DNA of 13,270 nt. It comes from Candidatus Eiseniibacteriota bacterium (lineage in GTDB: Bacteria > Eisenbacteria > RBG-16-71-46 > JABDJR01 > JAWXBZ01). Both the position numbers and the translations under genes were made by a program. The stretch spans positions 1 to 13,270 of the forward strand of contig JAWXBZ010000204.1 of NCBI GenBank assembly GCA_034440375.1. Direction: 5' to 3'. Positions within the stretch are counted from its first letter, which is position 1, and every line of letters starts with the position of its first letter. The notes beneath the pieces are model-generated. The model saw nothing but the letters and a program-made list of their open reading frames with translations, was not told where the DNA came from and did no database searches. Below are positions 1 to 7,964 of this stretch, piece by piece.

Positions 1-1157
1 ATCGCCAGAACGAGGGCCACCCGCGCGGCGGGCGCGGTCATCGCACGTCGTCCCCGGTGTGTCACGGCCAGTCCGGCCAGCAGGATGAGCGCCGGCGCTG
101 CCGTCAGCCACAGATGATTCAGCACATCGGCCAGGTGGCGGACCGTCCATATCGAATCGAGTCCAAAGGTATTGCGCGTTCCCAGCCGTTGGGATACCAG
201 GGCCGCCATCTGATGCCAGATCGCCGCGGGAGAGAGGAACTTGAGCGGCGATCGGCCGTCGGAGCCCGCCGGCCAGAGCGGCCCGAGGAGGGCAAGGATC
301 CCGAAGATCACGATCACGGCAAGCGCGCCCTGGAGCACGCGCCGCCATCTCCCGTTGGCGGCGCCCGACGCCACCAGGACCAGGAAGGCCGGAATCATGA
401 GTAATCCGAACGGGTGGGAAATCCCGCCGGCGATCACCGCCAGGAAGGGCAAGATCAGCGAGCCTCCCCGATCGAATCGCTCCATCGTTCCCAGCAGAAA
501 AAAGACAAGCGCGGCGGCCAGCAGCGCATAGCATTCGACGTATCCGAAGAAAAGCTGCAGTGCCGGCTGGCATCCGAACAGGATGGCCACGACCAGACTG
601 GAAAGATCAGCCGTGCCGGCGGCGGTTTTCCTCGTCCGTGCCCGTCGAAGGAGGATCCAGGCCAGAAATCCGATGGTCAGCGCACCGATGAGCGTGCTCA
701 GGAGCCCCGCCTCGGTCAGACTCGGCACGCCACCGGGGCGTTGCCATGAGACGAGGGTCGGCTCGAGGAGGTTGTACAGCGGCGAGCGCTGTGTCGGTGG
801 ATGCCCCTGCCTCAGATCGACCAGTATCTGGTAACCGTCACCAAGCAGGCCGGTCCGCGCCCGGGCCAGGTGGAAAACAAGCCCGGCCGCCACACCGACA
901 ATGGCGGCAAGGATCGATGTCGGCCACCGACCGGGTGGCATGGACAGGCCGAGTCGTGGCGCCCGCCACGCCGCTGCCAGTCCGGCAAGCCCCAGCCCAA
1001 ACCAGGCGAACCGAAACCAGGCGGGGTAGTAACGCAGGAGATCCATGCCCCAGAACCAGTTCGACGCCGGCAGAAACGACAGCGCCACCACGGCACTCAT
1101 GCCAAAAGCGGCCAGTGCCGCCGCGATCAGAATCGGGGAGATGGGGCGGTGCGCCAT
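1..1157 (-). CDS. Polytopic membrane protein, possible GT-C-fold glycosyltransferase; 3' end lies outside the window
   Basis: Not in the ORF track (no stop in window). Hand translation from ATG 1157 (alternative ATG 1100) is open to the window edge: MAHRPISPILIAAALAAFGMSAVVALSFLP...TGLLGDGYQIL...SPLYNLL...LQLFFGYVECYALLAAALVFFLLG...ISHPFGLLMIPAFLVLV. Many hydrophobic helices; the plus-strand ORFs 57..404, 414..749 and 801..1241 are its in-frame antisense shadows. Function is inference. Confidence 0.8.
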   Translation of the reverse strand, partial: MAHRPISPILIAAALAAFGMSAVVALSFLPASNWFWGMDLLRYYPAWFRFAWFGLGLAGLAAAWRAPRLGLSMPPGRWPTSILAAIVGVAAGLVFHLARARTGLLGDGYQILVDLRQGHPPTQRSPLYNLLEPTLVSWQRPGGVPSLTEAGLLSTLIGALTIGFLAWILLRRARTRKTAAGTADLSSLVVAILFGCQPALQLFFGYVECYALLAAALVFFLLGTMERFDRGGSLILPFLAVIAGGISHPFGLLMIPAFLVLVASGAANGRWRRVLQGALAVIVIFGILALLGPLWPAGSDGRSPLKFLSPAAIWHQMAALVSQRLGTRNTFGLDSIWTVRHLADVLNHLWLTAAPALILLAGLAVTHRGRRAMTAPAARVALVLA

Positions 1158-2215
1158 GCGCGCAAAAACAGGCGCCGGCCGAGGAGGGTCAGGGTTTCCG
1201 TAACAAGACCGGCGAAACAGGCCGCCTGGTCCAGCAGGTAGACGAACGGTGCCAGAGGCGCCCACCATCCGAGACGCGGCATTGCGTAGAGAAGGAACGG
1301 CAGGGCCAGCGCCACCTGCACGATGGCCGCGCCGCCGGCCACACGCCAGCCCGGTTCGAAACCAAGCCCGCCGGCCACCAGCGAGGCGAAGACAAGACCG
1401 GCGGCCGTCACGCCCCCCATGAACATGGGCGAGATGTTGCCGTACCAGCGTCCTCTGGCCACTCGTTTGATCTCGCGTGATTCCAGTGAGGTACGGAAAA
1501 AGCCGCGCGCCCGGTCGAAATCATTGCGCAGGAGGCCGTACAGGCTCATCTCCTTGAGATGATCGCAATCCACGTGCGGGCAGAGGCGGACACGACCGAC
1601 CCGCTCGGCCACGATCCGACCAAAGTCAATGTCATTGCCACCCTGGCGATCGTCGTCCGCGTTGTCATAAGCGCCTGCCGACCAGAAGTCGTCACTCCGA
1701 ATGGCACCCAGGGCCGTGTTCATCCAGCGAACATCGGTGGGGCTGCCGAGGTAGGACCAGCGGACCCAGATGTTCTTGAACCGGCCGCCAAGCGTCTTCA
1801 GGTATCGCCCCTCGGAATAGACGGCGAACGTGAGCACCGTGCCCGGCTCGTCGAGCGCTTCCACCAGCCGCTCCAGGGCGTCCCGGGTGACACGAATATC
1901 CTGGTCCATGAAGACAAAGATCTGACCGCGGGCCGAAAGCGCGCCGGTGTTGCGGGCCGCCGGTCCGCTCTTCACCTGGCGGCTGGTGATGACCTGGTCC
2001 GCGTAGAGGCTGGCCACTTCCGCCGTGTTGTCCGCGGAATGGTCGTTGACGACGAGGATCTCCCATCCGGCGGGGAGTGCTTCCCGCAGAGCTGGAAGCG
2101 TTCGACGTAGGTGGTGGGCGCCGTTCCGGGCCGGGATGATGACGCTGCCGGCGGTGGCGATGGCCGTCCTGTTCTGGTCCGGCCCGACTCTTTCCATGCG
2201 CGTGCGTGTCGCCAC
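1127..2215 (-). CDS. Glycosyltransferase family 2 (GT-A fold) with C-terminal transmembrane segments
   Basis: SVIIPARNG, EILVVNDHSADNT, GPAARNTGALSARGQIFVFMDQD (DxD) motifs; hydrophobic C-terminus. Start placed at GTG 2215 because GGGGAG lies 5 nt upstream; ATG 2197 and ATG 2254 are alternatives. Confidence 0.9.
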   Translation of the reverse strand: MATRTRMERVGPDQNRTAIATAGSVIIPARNGAHHLRRTLPALREALPAGWEILVVNDHSADNTAEVASLYADQVITSRQVKSGPAARNTGALSARGQIFVFMDQDIRVTRDALERLVEALDEPGTVLTFAVYSEGRYLKTLGGRFKNIWVRWSYLGSPTDVRWMNTALGAIRSDDFWSAGAYDNADDDRQGGNDIDFGRIVAERVGRVRLCPHVDCDHLKEMSLYGLLRNDFDRARGFFRTSLESREIKRVARGRWYGNISPMFMGGVTAAGLVFASLVAGGLGFEPGWRVAGGAAIVQVALALPFLLYAMPRLGWWAPLAPFVYLLDQAACFAGLVTETLTLLGRRLFLRAWRTAPSPRF

Positions 2216-2301
2216 GTCTGCTCCCCGACATCGGAAATAAAACCGTCCATTCATGGCGGATCGGTGTCGATGCGGCGCAGTCTAGCAGGAGGACCGGCCC
2301 G

Positions 2302-3246
2302 TTGCGTAGGCTCCCGGCAATGACCCTCACCGTCCCGCCCAGTGATTCCCGGACCGGCACCGTCACGCCGCCGCTCCCGGAAGAATCACACCTCCGGGAA
2401 CATCTGGAATCGCTGTACCGCACCTTTGACCTCCAGTGGATTTCACCCGACCCGCTTGAGGTGGTGCGCCGCTACGAGGATCCGGCCGACCAGGAGGTGG
2501 TCGGCTTCCTGGCCGCCGGCCTGGCGTATGGCCGGGTCGACCAGATCTTGAAGAGCTTGAACCGTCTGCTCGACCGCATGGGCCCGTCTCCGGCGCGATT
2601 CGTGCACGAGTTCGAGTGGTCACGCGATGCCGGCCGTTTCCGTGGCTGGTACCACCGCTTCCACGGTCCGCGCGACGTCGCGTTGCTTTGCCTGCTCCTC
2701 TCCCGGGCGCTCCGTGGATACGGGACGCTCGAGGCGCTGTTCATCGCCGGTGATGATTCATCGACCCCGGACATCGGCGGCGGCCTCGCCGCGTTCTGCG
2801 AACGGGTGCTGGACGCCGCTGATCTGCCACCGGGGCCCGGCGTCAGCCGCGGCCGACTCGGTCCCCGCTCGCCGGTCCGCTTCTTTTTCGCTTCGCCGGC
2901 CGATGGGAGTGCCGTGAAACGCCTGAATCTCTGGCTCCGCTGGATGGTGCGCGGCGGCGACGGTCTTGATCTCGGCGTCTGGACGTCCGTCGATCGCGCG
3001 CGACTGGTCATTCCGCTGGATACGCATGTGGCCCGCATCGCCCGCTACATCGGGTTGACACGTCGAATCACCGCGGACTGGAAGACGGCACTCGAGATCA
3101 CCGATCGCCTGCGGCATCTCGACCCGGCCGACCCGGTCAAATACGACTTCGCCATCTGCCGGCTCGGCATTCTCGATCATTGTCCCCGCCGTCGTGATCC
3201 GATCTGTTGCGCGGCCTGCCTCCTCCGCCCGGTCTGCCTGCTGTAG
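2302..3246 (+). CDS. TIGR02757 / DUF2400 family protein (HhH-GPD superfamily-like) with C-terminal Cys cluster
   Basis: DPLEVVRRY, LAAGLAYGRV, KRLNLWLRWMVR, DLGVW, LVIPLDTHVARIA, DPVKYDFAI motifs typical of this family. AGGAGG at 2287-2292 favours TTG 2302 (or ATG 2320) over 2206. Confidence 0.9.
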   Translation: MRRLPAMTLTVPPSDSRTGTVTPPLPEESHLREHLESLYRTFDLQWISPDPLEVVRRYEDPADQEVVGFLAAGLAYGRVDQILKSLNRLLDRMGPSPARFVHEFEWSRDAGRFRGWYHRFHGPRDVALLCLLLSRALRGYGTLEALFIAGDDSSTPDIGGGLAAFCERVLDAADLPPGPGVSRGRLGPRSPVRFFFASPADGSAVKRLNLWLRWMVRGGDGLDLGVWTSVDRARLVIPLDTHVARIARYIGLTRRITADWKTALEITDRLRHLDPADPVKYDFAICRLGILDHCPRRRDPICCAACLLRPVCLL

Positions 3247-4407
3247 ATGCGGCGAAACTTGAAATTCTTCACTGCGGCGTTTGGCGTTGACGGCGCGGTT
3301 AACCTGACGCTGGTCGGGGTGCCATGGAAGGCGATCGCGCTGGGCGCGACGCCCCTTGAACTGGGCCTGTTGCCGGCGGTCTGGTCGGTGGTCTACATCA
3401 TCGCGGCCATCCAGATGGGACGGCTTTCGGATCGGGTCGCACGTCTTCGTCTGTCCGGCGCCGGCGCCGCGATCGTGGTCGTGGCCATGATGGTCCTGGC
3501 GCTGGCGCGGCAAATTTCCGGTCTGTATCTGGGCCTGGCCATCCTGGCACTGGGCCTGGCCATGTTCTGGCCCCCGCTCCAGGCCGCGCTGGCCGAAGCG
3601 GACGAGCCCGGGCGGCTTCAGAAAAATCTCGGTTTCTTCAACCTCTCCTGGAGCAGCGGCAAGGGGATTGGTTTCGCCGCCGGGGGAATTTTGTACGCCG
3701 CGTATGGCTTTGGCCTTGTCGCAGCGATCTCCGCGGGCATTGCTCTTGCCGTAGCCATCTTGCTGACCAGCGCGCCGGCCCCGGTGCGAAACCCGCCGAT
3801 TTCCAGAACGGCCCCCGCCATCCCCGTTGTGCCAACCGCGGTTGCCGTGACGTCGGCGGCATTTCTGGCGGCCGCCTGGTTGGCCAACGGAGTGGCCTAC
3901 GGCGTCAATGCCACGCTGACCTACCACTTCCCGAAATATCTTGAGGCCCAGGGGAGCCGCGCCGCCCATTTCGGCATCTTCCTGGGCCTGATCTGCCTGT
4001 CGCAGACGGTCGCCTTCGCGGTCCTGGCACGCCTCACCTCATGGCGGTTCCGACGCGCCCCGCTGTACGCGATGCACCTTCTAAATACGCTGGTGCTCCT
4101 CATCCTGCCGCAACTCCGGGTGCCGGCCCTGCAGTTGCTGCTGGCGCCATTCATTGGTGTCAGCCTGGGACTGGCCTACTACTCGAGCATCTTTTACAGC
4201 CTGAATGCCACGGCCCGCCCCGGCCGCAACACGGGACGGCACGAGGCGATCATCGGCTCCGGGGTCCTGATCGTCCCGGCGGCGGGGGGGCTTCTGGCCA
4301 CGGCCACTGGGGAGCTCGCCGCACCTTACTGGTTCTGCGCCGGGCTCTCGGTCCTGGCCATCGGCGGGGAGGAGTACCTTCTGCGACGGCACCGGCCGGC
4401 AACCTGA
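3247..4407 (+). CDS. MFS transporter, substrate unknown
   Basis: 386 aa, two hydrophobic halves joined by a Pro/Ala linker; motif-A-like GRLSDRVARLR; ATG immediately follows the upstream TAG. Confidence 0.88.
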   Translation: MRRNLKFFTAAFGVDGAVNLTLVGVPWKAIALGATPLELGLLPAVWSVVYIIAAIQMGRLSDRVARLRLSGAGAAIVVVAMMVLALARQISGLYLGLAILALGLAMFWPPLQAALAEADEPGRLQKNLGFFNLSWSSGKGIGFAAGGILYAAYGFGLVAAISAGIALAVAILLTSAPAPVRNPPISRTAPAIPVVPTAVAVTSAAFLAAAWLANGVAYGVNATLTYHFPKYLEAQGSRAAHFGIFLGLICLSQTVAFAVLARLTSWRFRRAPLYAMHLLNTLVLLILPQLRVPALQLLLAPFIGVSLGLAYYSSIFYSLNATARPGRNTGRHEAIIGSGVLIVPAAGGLLATATGELAAPYWFCAGLSVLAIGGEEYLLRRHRPAT

Positions 4408-4484
4408 TACTCTTTCACGGTCCCGGGCCCGGTAACGGGCCACCGCCAGACGCCCCTCTCCTTTTCGGAAAGTGAGTCTTCCCA

Positions 4485-5123
4485 GTGATCAGCGACACGA
4501 TCATTCTTGACATCGATACTCAGTGGGATCTCGTCATGCCGGAGGGGGCCTGGCCGGCACCCGGTGCGTTTGGCCTGATTCCCAACTTTGAGCGGGTTGC
4601 GCGCTACGCCCGCACCTACGACGTCCGCATCGTGGCCACGACGCAGCTGCTGAATCCGGCCGATCCCCGTTTTTCCGGCAACGGGGGAGAAATGCCCCCT
4701 CACTGCCTGGCCGGCACGCCGGGCGCCCAAAAGATCTCCGCGACCCGGCCGGCCCAACCGGTGTTGGTTTCCAATCAGAGCCGCTCCGCATCCGAGCTTA
4801 AGTCGCTACTTGGGTCGTCCCGGGAAATCATCTTGGAAACTTCAGGGCCTGATCTCATGTCCAACCCCGGTGCGGCCGAAGTTCTGTCGGGAATCCGCGG
4901 TGCCATCGTTTTCGGGGTGGGTGGCGAGGAGGCGGTCCTCCTGGCCGTCCGGAGTCTCCGGGGCAAAGGAATCACGGTGGATGTTGTTCAAAACGCTGTT
5001 GCTCTACGTGCTGCCGAACCCGAAGCCAGGGAGCGCTGGCAGGAAGAAATCCAGGGATTGGGCGCCCGCCTGATCCGCGATCTTGATGTCATGACCCGCT
5101 TCACCACTGCCCGCCATCGTTAG
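4485..5123 (+). CDS. Isochorismatase/nicotinamidase (PncA-like) fold protein, catalytically degenerate
   Basis: IILDIDTQWDL, PPHCLAGTPGA and IVFGV motifs match the nicotinamidase scaffold, but the catalytic Lys and Cys positions appear substituted (see findings). GTG start. Confidence 0.82.
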   Translation: MISDTIILDIDTQWDLVMPEGAWPAPGAFGLIPNFERVARYARTYDVRIVATTQLLNPADPRFSGNGGEMPPHCLAGTPGAQKISATRPAQPVLVSNQSRSASELKSLLGSSREIILETSGPDLMSNPGAAEVLSGIRGAIVFGVGGEEAVLLAVRSLRGKGITVDVVQNAVALRAAEPEARERWQEEIQGLGARLIRDLDVMTRFTTARHR

Positions 5124-5147
5124 ACGCGGGCTTCGGAGGACTCATCG

Positions 5148-5561
5148 ATGACCAAACGATTCTGGCCGGGCGTTCTGCTCGGCGCCATCCTCAGCCTCTC
5201 GGCAATGGTCGGTGGGCGATTTCTGGCTCCGGCGACCTCGGATGCCAAGACCCCGGTTTCCACGCGAAGCGATCGTGGTGGCCTCGTGGCAAGTTTCGGC
5301 GTGGGTGGTGTGCTGACCCGGGATGGCGAGCTCTGGCAGTATCGGCCCGACCGCGAAAAATGGGTCACGCTCGACGAGTCGTTCGGACTTGAAGGGGAGG
5401 CGCGTAAGTTCATTCCATTGCCGGTCCCGGCCACGGAAATCAAGATGATGGAAACTTTTGGCTTTATCGTAACGTGGTCGGACGAATGTTGGCTCTATGA
5501 CCTTGAAAACAATGGGTGGAAGAAGATTGGCGCCCCCCCATTTCATGGCCAGGGGCACTAG
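5148..5561 (+). CDS. Exported/membrane-anchored hypothetical protein with two internal beta-blade-like repeats
   Basis: GGAGGA RBS at 5135-5140; N-terminal KR plus hydrophobic stretch; repeats GVLTRDGELWQYRPDREKWVTL and GFIVTWSDECWLYDLENNGWKKI. Confidence 0.8.
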   Translation: MTKRFWPGVLLGAILSLSAMVGGRFLAPATSDAKTPVSTRSDRGGLVASFGVGGVLTRDGELWQYRPDREKWVTLDESFGLEGEARKFIPLPVPATEIKMMETFGFIVTWSDECWLYDLENNGWKKIGAPPFHGQGH

Positions 5562-5711
5562 CAGGTCCGGGGGCAACCCCTTTTGCGGCCGATATTTCCC
5601 GAACCAGTCGTGCCCCGACGGGGTCCTAGCCCATTGGTCAACGAATCTATCGCTCCCCCGATCGCTTCCGGGGGCCTATACTCATCGTCAACCATTTGGG
5701 GGTGTACTCCG

Positions 5712-6584
5712 ATGAAAAAGCTGATCGTGATAGTGGCCCTCGCCCTGATGATTCCGGCTCTGGCTCAGGCCATGACAATTGCCGAGGTCATCAAGCTCAG
5801 CAAATCGGGCATTGGCGATGAGGTGGTTCTGAGCCAGATCGATGCCTCCGACCAGGTCTTCACATTGACGGTCGACGACATCCTTGAACTGAAGAAGTCC
5901 GGTGTGTCCGACAGGATCATCACCTACATGATCAATACGGGCAAGGATGATGAAATTGTCACCTCGGAAAACCCGGGCGAGCCATCCGATCAGGTGTCCA
6001 CCGACAGGTATCACGGCAATCTTGACGACTACTATCGCGGCTACCATGATTCGTCGCTGAACCTGTTTCTGTCCTGGGGATGGGGCGGCTATTACTCCCC
6101 GAGCTGGCATTCGTATTGGCCGGGCTACTCCGGCTACTACTATCCCTCCTACTGGTGTGGGGCATCGTATTACCCTTACCCCTACTACCACTACGACAAC
6201 CACCACGGCTCGTACCGTGCCCACGACGACGGCCGGAATTTGAGCGGACGTGGTGCCAGCGGCTCGGAATACCGCCGTGAATCAAAGGGTTCGACCCGAC
6301 AGGCCGTCTCCCGAGCCCCCCGTGAGTACAAGGGAAGCACACCGTCCTACGGCGGTCGCGGCGGCTCAGCCGGCAAGCCCGGCGGCTCGTCCGGAACAAC
6401 CCAGGGTGGTCGCACCAGCAAGCCGCCAGCCTACAGCGGCACGGATGCTCCGTCAGGCCGGCAAGCCCCCGCCCCGAATGTCGGCTCGCCACGCACCGAT
6501 GGCAACTCTCCCGCACCTTCCCCGGGCCGTGGCTCGGCGCCGGCTCCTTCGAATGGGAGCGGTCGGACAATGAAGGGAAGCTGA
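5712..6584 (+). CDS. Secreted hypothetical protein: duplicated helical motif, Tyr-rich segment, disordered G/S/R/P tail
   Basis: ATG 5712 gives a classic Sec signal peptide MKKLIVIVALALMIPALAQA, with a G-rich RBS upstream; the track's start at 5583 is less likely. Confidence 0.85.
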   Translation: MKKLIVIVALALMIPALAQAMTIAEVIKLSKSGIGDEVVLSQIDASDQVFTLTVDDILELKKSGVSDRIITYMINTGKDDEIVTSENPGEPSDQVSTDRYHGNLDDYYRGYHDSSLNLFLSWGWGGYYSPSWHSYWPGYSGYYYPSYWCGASYYPYPYYHYDNHHGSYRAHDDGRNLSGRGASGSEYRRESKGSTRQAVSRAPREYKGSTPSYGGRGGSAGKPGGSSGTTQGGRTSKPPAYSGTDAPSGRQAPAPNVGSPRTDGNSPAPSPGRGSAPAPSNGSGRTMKGS

Positions 6585-7951
6585 CCACGATTCGGTTTCA
6601 ATCGGGCCGCCGGGCACGAATCCTCCCGGCGGCCCTTTTTTTTCTTGCGGCCATCCTGCTGTGCGCCGCGTGCGCGGATGATGAGGTGCCGCCGGCCAGG
6701 GTCGGTCGCCTGACCGGGCACGTCGAAAGGCTTCCCGGCCATGAGCCGGCCGCCGGCGCCCGAATCCTGCTTCTCGATTCCTCCACTAACGACTCGCCGT
6801 TTCCCGCCGCCCAAATCGATGACGAGGGTCACTTTCAGTTCGGGGATATTCCACCCGGCTGGTACCACCCGATCGTCGAAGCGGGATCGATGTTCGTCTA
6901 CGCGCCGCTTAACGACGCCATTCGCATAAATCCCGGGCGCGAAAGCCATCTTGAACTGGCTCTCGCTGAATATCCTGGTCTTGAAGGTTCCGGTCGACCC
7001 GTCCGCGGAACGGTGCGTGATGCCGTGACCGGCCTCCCAATCGTCGGTGCCTGGGTGTCGGTCGGCTTTACCGACCCGACTTTCCTGCTGGACGCCGGCC
7101 TGCCACCGTGGGAATCACGAACCGACTCCGACGGTCGTTTCGAGCTGTCCGGAGTGCCAATCGTACAACTCAGCGATGGCCGCACCGGCCTCTATCCGAT
7201 CGTGAGCACACACCGTGACCATCGGAACGGTGGCACCGGCTCGCTCATACGCGGCGAAATCCTGCCTGTTCTTCCGATTTCCGGGCCACCCCTGGAGGTC
7301 AATCTGGTGCTCGAGCCCGGAGCAGGGGAGCGATCGATACGCGGTCACGTGGTCAACCAGGGGAACCGTGTCGCCGGCGTGCCGGTGGCCCTCACCTTTG
7401 CCGATCTGGATGGTGGTGAGCCGGTCGGGACGGGTTCGATTCGATCTGCCGGACTTTCGCCGCGGGCTCTGGTGCCGGGAGCGGTCCAGGTGACCGACGT
7501 CTCCGGCGAGTTTGAATTCACCGCTCTGGCATCCGGTCGGTACCGCATCCACGCTGCCTATCTTGCTGACGACGGCTGGGTGCCGGGTGCTCTCGGGAGC
7601 GGGGCGCCCCCCCCGGTGACGATTGGCCTGACCGACCTCACGGATCTGGAGATCGAGGTGCTCCCGGGCATACGGCTCATCAGCCCGGAGCGACTCGAAG
7701 TTGTCGATACCGTGCGCCCCACGCTTGTCTGGGAACCGGTCGAGGGCGCCCGCCGCTACCTGGTCCTCTTCAGTCGGGCCAACAGCTTTTTCCTGTCCGA
7801 AAATGTCATGACCAATGGGACCAGCACCATTCTTCCTCCGGGTTACTACCGGGAAGGTGACCAGGCCCGGTGGGCGGTCCAAGTCTACGTGGGCGAAGTC
7901 CTGACGGCTTCCAGCGAGGCCGTCGGCAGCTTCACCATCGGCCGGCGGTAG
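6581..7951 (+). CDS. Putative lipoprotein with three carboxypeptidase-regulatory-like beta-sandwich repeats and an FN3-like C-terminus; start uncertain
   Basis: Repeats GRLTGHV..IDDEGHFQFGDIPPGWY, VRGTVRDAVTGLPIVGAWV..TDSDGRFELSGVP, IRGHVVNQGNRVAGVPV..TDVSGEFEFTALASGRYRI; C-terminal RPTLVWEPVEGARRYLV. The frame is open upstream of GTG 6686 and encodes RRARILPAALFFLAAILLCAAC; start inferred at CTG 6581 or ATT 6590. Confidence 0.75.
   Translation: MTTIRFQSGRRARILPAALFFLAAILLCAACADDEVPPARVGRLTGHVERLPGHEPAAGARILLLDSSTNDSPFPAAQIDDEGHFQFGDIPPGWYHPIVEAGSMFVYAPLNDAIRINPGRESHLELALAEYPGLEGSGRPVRGTVRDAVTGLPIVGAWVSVGFTDPTFLLDAGLPPWESRTDSDGRFELSGVPIVQLSDGRTGLYPIVSTHRDHRNGGTGSLIRGEILPVLPISGPPLEVNLVLEPGAGERSIRGHVVNQGNRVAGVPVALTFADLDGGEPVGTGSIRSAGLSPRALVPGAVQVTDVSGEFEFTALASGRYRIHAAYLADDGWVPGALGSGAPPPVTIGLTDLTDLEIEVLPGIRLISPERLEVVDTVRPTLVWEPVEGARRYLVLFSRANSFFLSENVMTNGTSTILPPGYYREGDQARWAVQVYVGEVLTASSEAVGSFTIGRR
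6604..6643 (+). terminator. Intrinsic terminator-like hairpin after the secreted-protein gene, overlapping the next reading frame
   Basis: Perfect 11-bp stem GGGCCGCCGGG (6604-6614) / CCCGGCGGCCC (6625-6635), 10-nt loop, T8 at 6636-6643, beginning 20 nt after TGA 6584. Confidence 0.8.
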
Positions 7952-7964
7952 CTGCAGCCAGTTA

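Noticed and set aside
2758-3969. 403-aa minus-strand ORF (likewise 7115..8110 and 8736..9572)
   Set aside because: Antisense shadows of well-supported plus-strand genes; G/R/Q/D/H-rich composition typical of shadows.
5562-5580. CAGGTCCGG resembling SRP RNA domain IV
   Set aside because: The following AAGGAAGCAGC segment and the long enclosing helix are absent.
5583-5711. N-terminal extension given by the ORF track for the secreted protein
   Set aside because: It would bury a clear signal peptide that begins at ATG 5712.
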